Shown: piece after piece, positions 61,247 to 64,000 of the stretch
Numbering within the stretch: the first letter of the stretch is position 1
How the letters are laid out: each line of letters starts with the position of its first letter
Assembly: GCA_008690995.1 (NCBI GenBank)
Contig: VRMN01000001.1
Coordinates: 2,108,001-2,172,000, forward strand
Length of the DNA: 64,000 bases
Direction of reading: 5' to 3'
From: Porphyridium purpureum
Taxonomy: Eukaryota
Notes under the pieces: model-generated
Database searches by the model: none
The model's input: the letters and a program-made list of their open reading frames with translations, nothing else
Told to the model about the DNA's origin: nothing
Made by a program: the position numbers and the translations under genes

Positions 61247-63226
61247 ATGCGGGCGTGTGGAGTGATAGGTAGCGCGGATTCGACCGCATCTGGCGCGTCG
61301 GCCGCACCGTTGGCGCACGCATCTTTCGCGGCGCAGAATGGCTCCAAGGTATCCGATAAGGACAGACAGATCGCTATCAGTCGGGCGAATCGCGTCCCCG
61401 GGAAGGTTGCAATGGGCTTCGTCATGTGGACGGGGCGGATGGTCGGAATGACGCGCCAGCGCCTTGTGGCCACTGGAACAAGAGGCTACTCTGCGATGTC
61501 TCCGAGGAGTGCGGTGGCGACGCAGGTGCACGGGCAAAGAATATTGCCGCCGAGTGCATTGAACGCCCAGCCATGCGGGCGCTGGATGACGCGGCGAAAC
61601 TCACCACTGGCCAACGCACGGGCCGTGATGTGTATGTCGTCCACGCCTGCGGCAAATCCTACCGGCGCGAAGGAGCCAGACGCGAAGAATGCAAATCGCA
61701 AAATTAAGGAAGAAGAGCCGAGCAAGTCGGTTCAACAGCTGCGAGCCGATCGGCTCGAAAAGGCTGATAAAATGCGGGCCGATGGCACCAACCCTTACGC
61801 GTACTCGTTCGAAGTCACGCACAATTCGGAGCAGCTCAAGGAAATGTACAGCCCGGAGGTACTGGCCGATGGGCAGGAAGCGACCGATGGGAACGTGGTG
61901 CAGATTGCAGGTCGCATTATGTTGAGGCGTGTATTTGGCAAGCTCATGTTTTTCACGCTGCAAGATGTGGCCGGCAACATCCAATTGTACATTGAGAAGA
62001 AACGCCTCGATGAAAGCATGGGCGCCGGTAGTTTTAACCAGCTTAAGGGCTGGACTGACGGCGGTGATATTATTGGCGTGAGCGGCACGCTCAAGCGCAC
62101 GGACAAGGGTGAGCTGTCCGTTTATGTTCAGCACTTTCAAGTGCTGACGAAAGCACTTCTACCACTTCCTGACAAATTTCACGGGCTGACGGACGTCGAA
62201 AAGCGGTACCGCCAGCGCCACGTCGACCTCATTGTGAATCCAGAGTCGCGAGAGATTTTCCGCAAGCGCGCAAAGATCTCGTCCGCCATCCGAAGCTTTC
62301 TGGATCAGAAGGACTTCCTGGAAATAGAGACTCCTTCACTTCACACGCAGGCCGGGGGTGCTGAAGCCAAGCCTTTCACGACATTTCACAATGCACTAGA
62401 CCGCGAACTTGTGCTTCGTATTGCAACCGAATTGCATTTGAAAAAGCTCGTTGTGGGTGGATTTGACCGTGTCTACGAGATGGGCCGAGTGTACCGAAAC
62501 GAAGGCTTATCGACCCGGCACAACCCAGAGTTTACGTCCATCGAAATTTATCAAGCCTACGCAGACTACACAGATATGATGCAGCTCACCGAGGACCTGG
62601 TTGAGAGCGTCGCACTGCAGGTACTTGGAACAACGCAGGTAGAGTACCAGGGCGAACAAATCTCACTGAGCAAGCCATGGACAAGGATTTCCATGCACGA
62701 GCTTGTTGAAAAGGCCACAGGAGTGGATTTTAATACACTTTTGACCGTGGAAGACGCCGTGACCGTAGCGCGCTCAGCCGGGGTGCCGCACGACGTGCTC
62801 AGCAAGTGCACCTCTGTAGGTGAGGTAGTTAACAAGTGCTTTGAAGAGCTTTGCGAGGCCTCCTTGGTGCAGCCCACTTTTGTTCTTGACTATCCCGTTG
62901 AGGCATCACCTCTGGCGAAGCCACACCGCTCAAAGCCTGGCCTGACGGAACGGTTTGAGCTCTTTGTGTATGGGCGCGAGCTTGCAAACGCCTACTCAGA
63001 GTTGACGGATGCAGTGGACCAACGCGAACGGTTTGAACGCCAAGCAAGCAAAAAGAGCGCGGGCGATGAGGAAGCGTGTGGCGTGGACGAGGACTTCTTA
63101 CAAGCGCTCGAGCAGGGCTTACCTCCCACAGGAGGACTGGGCATTGGTATTGACCGGCTAGTGATGCTGTTGACAAATGCACCAAGCATCCGCGATGTGA
63201 TTGCCTTTCCAGTCCTGCGGAACTGA
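61247..63226 (+). CDS. lysS: Class II lysyl-tRNA synthetase, organellar
   Basis: [41 protein letters not shown]...HNPEFT and [13 protein letters not shown], with a long targeting leader (start uncertain). Confidence 0.96.
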   Translation: MRACGVIGSADSTASGASAAPLAHASFAAQNGSKVSDKDRQIAISRANRVPGKVAMGFVMWTGRMVGMTRQRLVATGTRGYSAMSPRSAVATQVHGQRILPPSALNAQPCGRWMTRRNSPLANARAVMCMSSTPAANPTGAKEPDAKNANRKIKEEEPSKSVQQLRADRLEKADKMRADGTNPYAYSFEVTHNSEQLKEMYSPEVLADGQEATDGNVVQIAGRIMLRRVFGKLMFFTLQDVAGNIQLYIEKKRLDESMGAGSFNQLKGWTDGGDIIGVSGTLKRTDKGELSVYVQHFQVLTKALLPLPDKFHGLTDVEKRYRQRHVDLIVNPESREIFRKRAKISSAIRSFLDQKDFLEIETPSLHTQAGGAEAKPFTTFHNALDRELVLRIATELHLKKLVVGGFDRVYEMGRVYRNEGLSTRHNPEFTSIEIYQAYADYTDMMQLTEDLVESVALQVLGTTQVEYQGEQISLSKPWTRISMHELVEKATGVDFNTLLTVEDAVTVARSAGVPHDVLSKCTSVGEVVNKCFEELCEASLVQPTFVLDYPVEASPLAKPHRSKPGLTERFELFVYGRELANAYSELTDAVDQRERFERQASKKSAGDEEACGVDEDFLQALEQGLPPTGGLGIGIDRLVMLLTNAPSIRDVIAFPVLRN

Positions 63227-63503
63227 CGAGAAAGTACAAAGTTTCGGAGAGTTTTTGACGTATATAGCTCGTACGGGTCTTTCTTGTTTGCTATTCCAGC
63301 CACGCCACGGACACGGGGAGAACAACATCAGATTTATGTCCAGCCGCACTAGCGCGACATTGGTCAAGAGCGCACGTTTCTTGGTCAGAGGCAATACTGA
63401 GTTCCTTCCTTGTACGACCATGTGCTGAAAGCCCTACCGCCCATCATCCACGAAAGAAATGGAACTCCTCATGCGCACAAACTGGCCGCAAGCGCCATTT
63501 CCA

Positions 63504-64000
63504 TTAGGCTTTGCTGATCATTCCAGAGCGGCGAGCATACTCGAACAGACCACCAGCGTCAACCACCGGCTCCACATCGCCCAGCGGGTTTAGTGGGAAT
63601 CTCTCGCCTGTGGTGAGATTAGTGATCGTTTCAGTTTCAAAGTCGATGCGAGCCTCATCACCTGTCTTGAACTTATCTGTGAGTGGGGTTGGCGTCTCCC
63701 ACGGATAGAGCTCACCCGTGGCGGAGCAGTTCCTGAAGAAAATCCTGGCGTAGGATTCAGCGACGACCGCCTTGCCCCCGCACGCGCCAATCGCGATTGG
63801 TGCGTGTTCTCTGGATGAGCCGCAGCCAAAGTTTGGGCCGGCAATGATGATCGGGTAGTCTGTGCGCATTGATCCGTCGTCGCGCACGTACCGTGTCGGG
63901 TACAGCTTGTCTGGCAGCCCAATCATGGCGTACGAGCCGAGCTTCTGGTACTCGTCAGGCACCGAGGGCACCAGCGTCAGGTACTCTGCGGGAATAATCT
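63504..64000 (-). CDS. leuD: 3-isopropylmalate dehydratase small subunit (partial, 5' end beyond the window)
   Basis: IIPAEYLTLVPS, NFGCGSSREHAP, AESYARIFFRN and AGGLFEYAR. Confidence 0.93.
   Translation of the reverse strand, partial: IIPAEYLTLVPSVPDEYQKLGSYAMIGLPDKLYPTRYVRDDGSMRTDYPIIIAGPNFGCGSSREHAPIAIGACGGKAVVAESYARIFFRNCSATGELYPWETPTPLTDKFKTGDEARIDFETETITNLTTGERFPLNPLGDVEPVVDAGGLFEYARRSGMISKA

Overview
This is a gene-dense, GC-rich eukaryotic nuclear window in which I could not support any spliceosomal intron. Transit-peptide-like leaders and the gene content suggest an intron-poor unicellular red alga such as Porphyridium (inference). It holds about 30 coding regions: the 3' end of a prenyltransferase alpha subunit, MutY, a thioredoxin-like protein, an acyl-CoA thioesterase, an ankyrin protein, eIF3i, a TKL kinase, a tandem CCCH protein, RsmE, GT61, ESF2, an IolG-like dehydrogenase, a B-box protein, an MDR dehydrogenase, an LSm protein, a DHHC transferase, an M17 aminopeptidase, PurL, GAPDH, heme oxygenase, a ZIP transporter, LysRS and partial LeuD. 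It also holds tRNA-Phe(GAA) and a multiply disrupted membrane-lipase pseudogene. The most notable feature is a young, full-length Ty1/copia LTR retrotransposon at 43817-49502 (355-bp LTRs differing at one base, GCAAG target-site duplication). It has two unusual traits. First, it has no recognisable tRNA primer-binding site; the bases right after the 5' LTR instead pair with the LTR's own predicted R region, in the geometry needed for Tf1-style self-priming. Second, gag and pol are in the same frame, separated by one UGA followed by a purine-rich spacer and a GC-rich stem-loop, which suggests programmed readthrough. Other leads are GTAC(AG) clusters in divergent promoters, a ZIP transporter with a His-repeat/EGF ectodomain, and an insect-type heme oxygenase.
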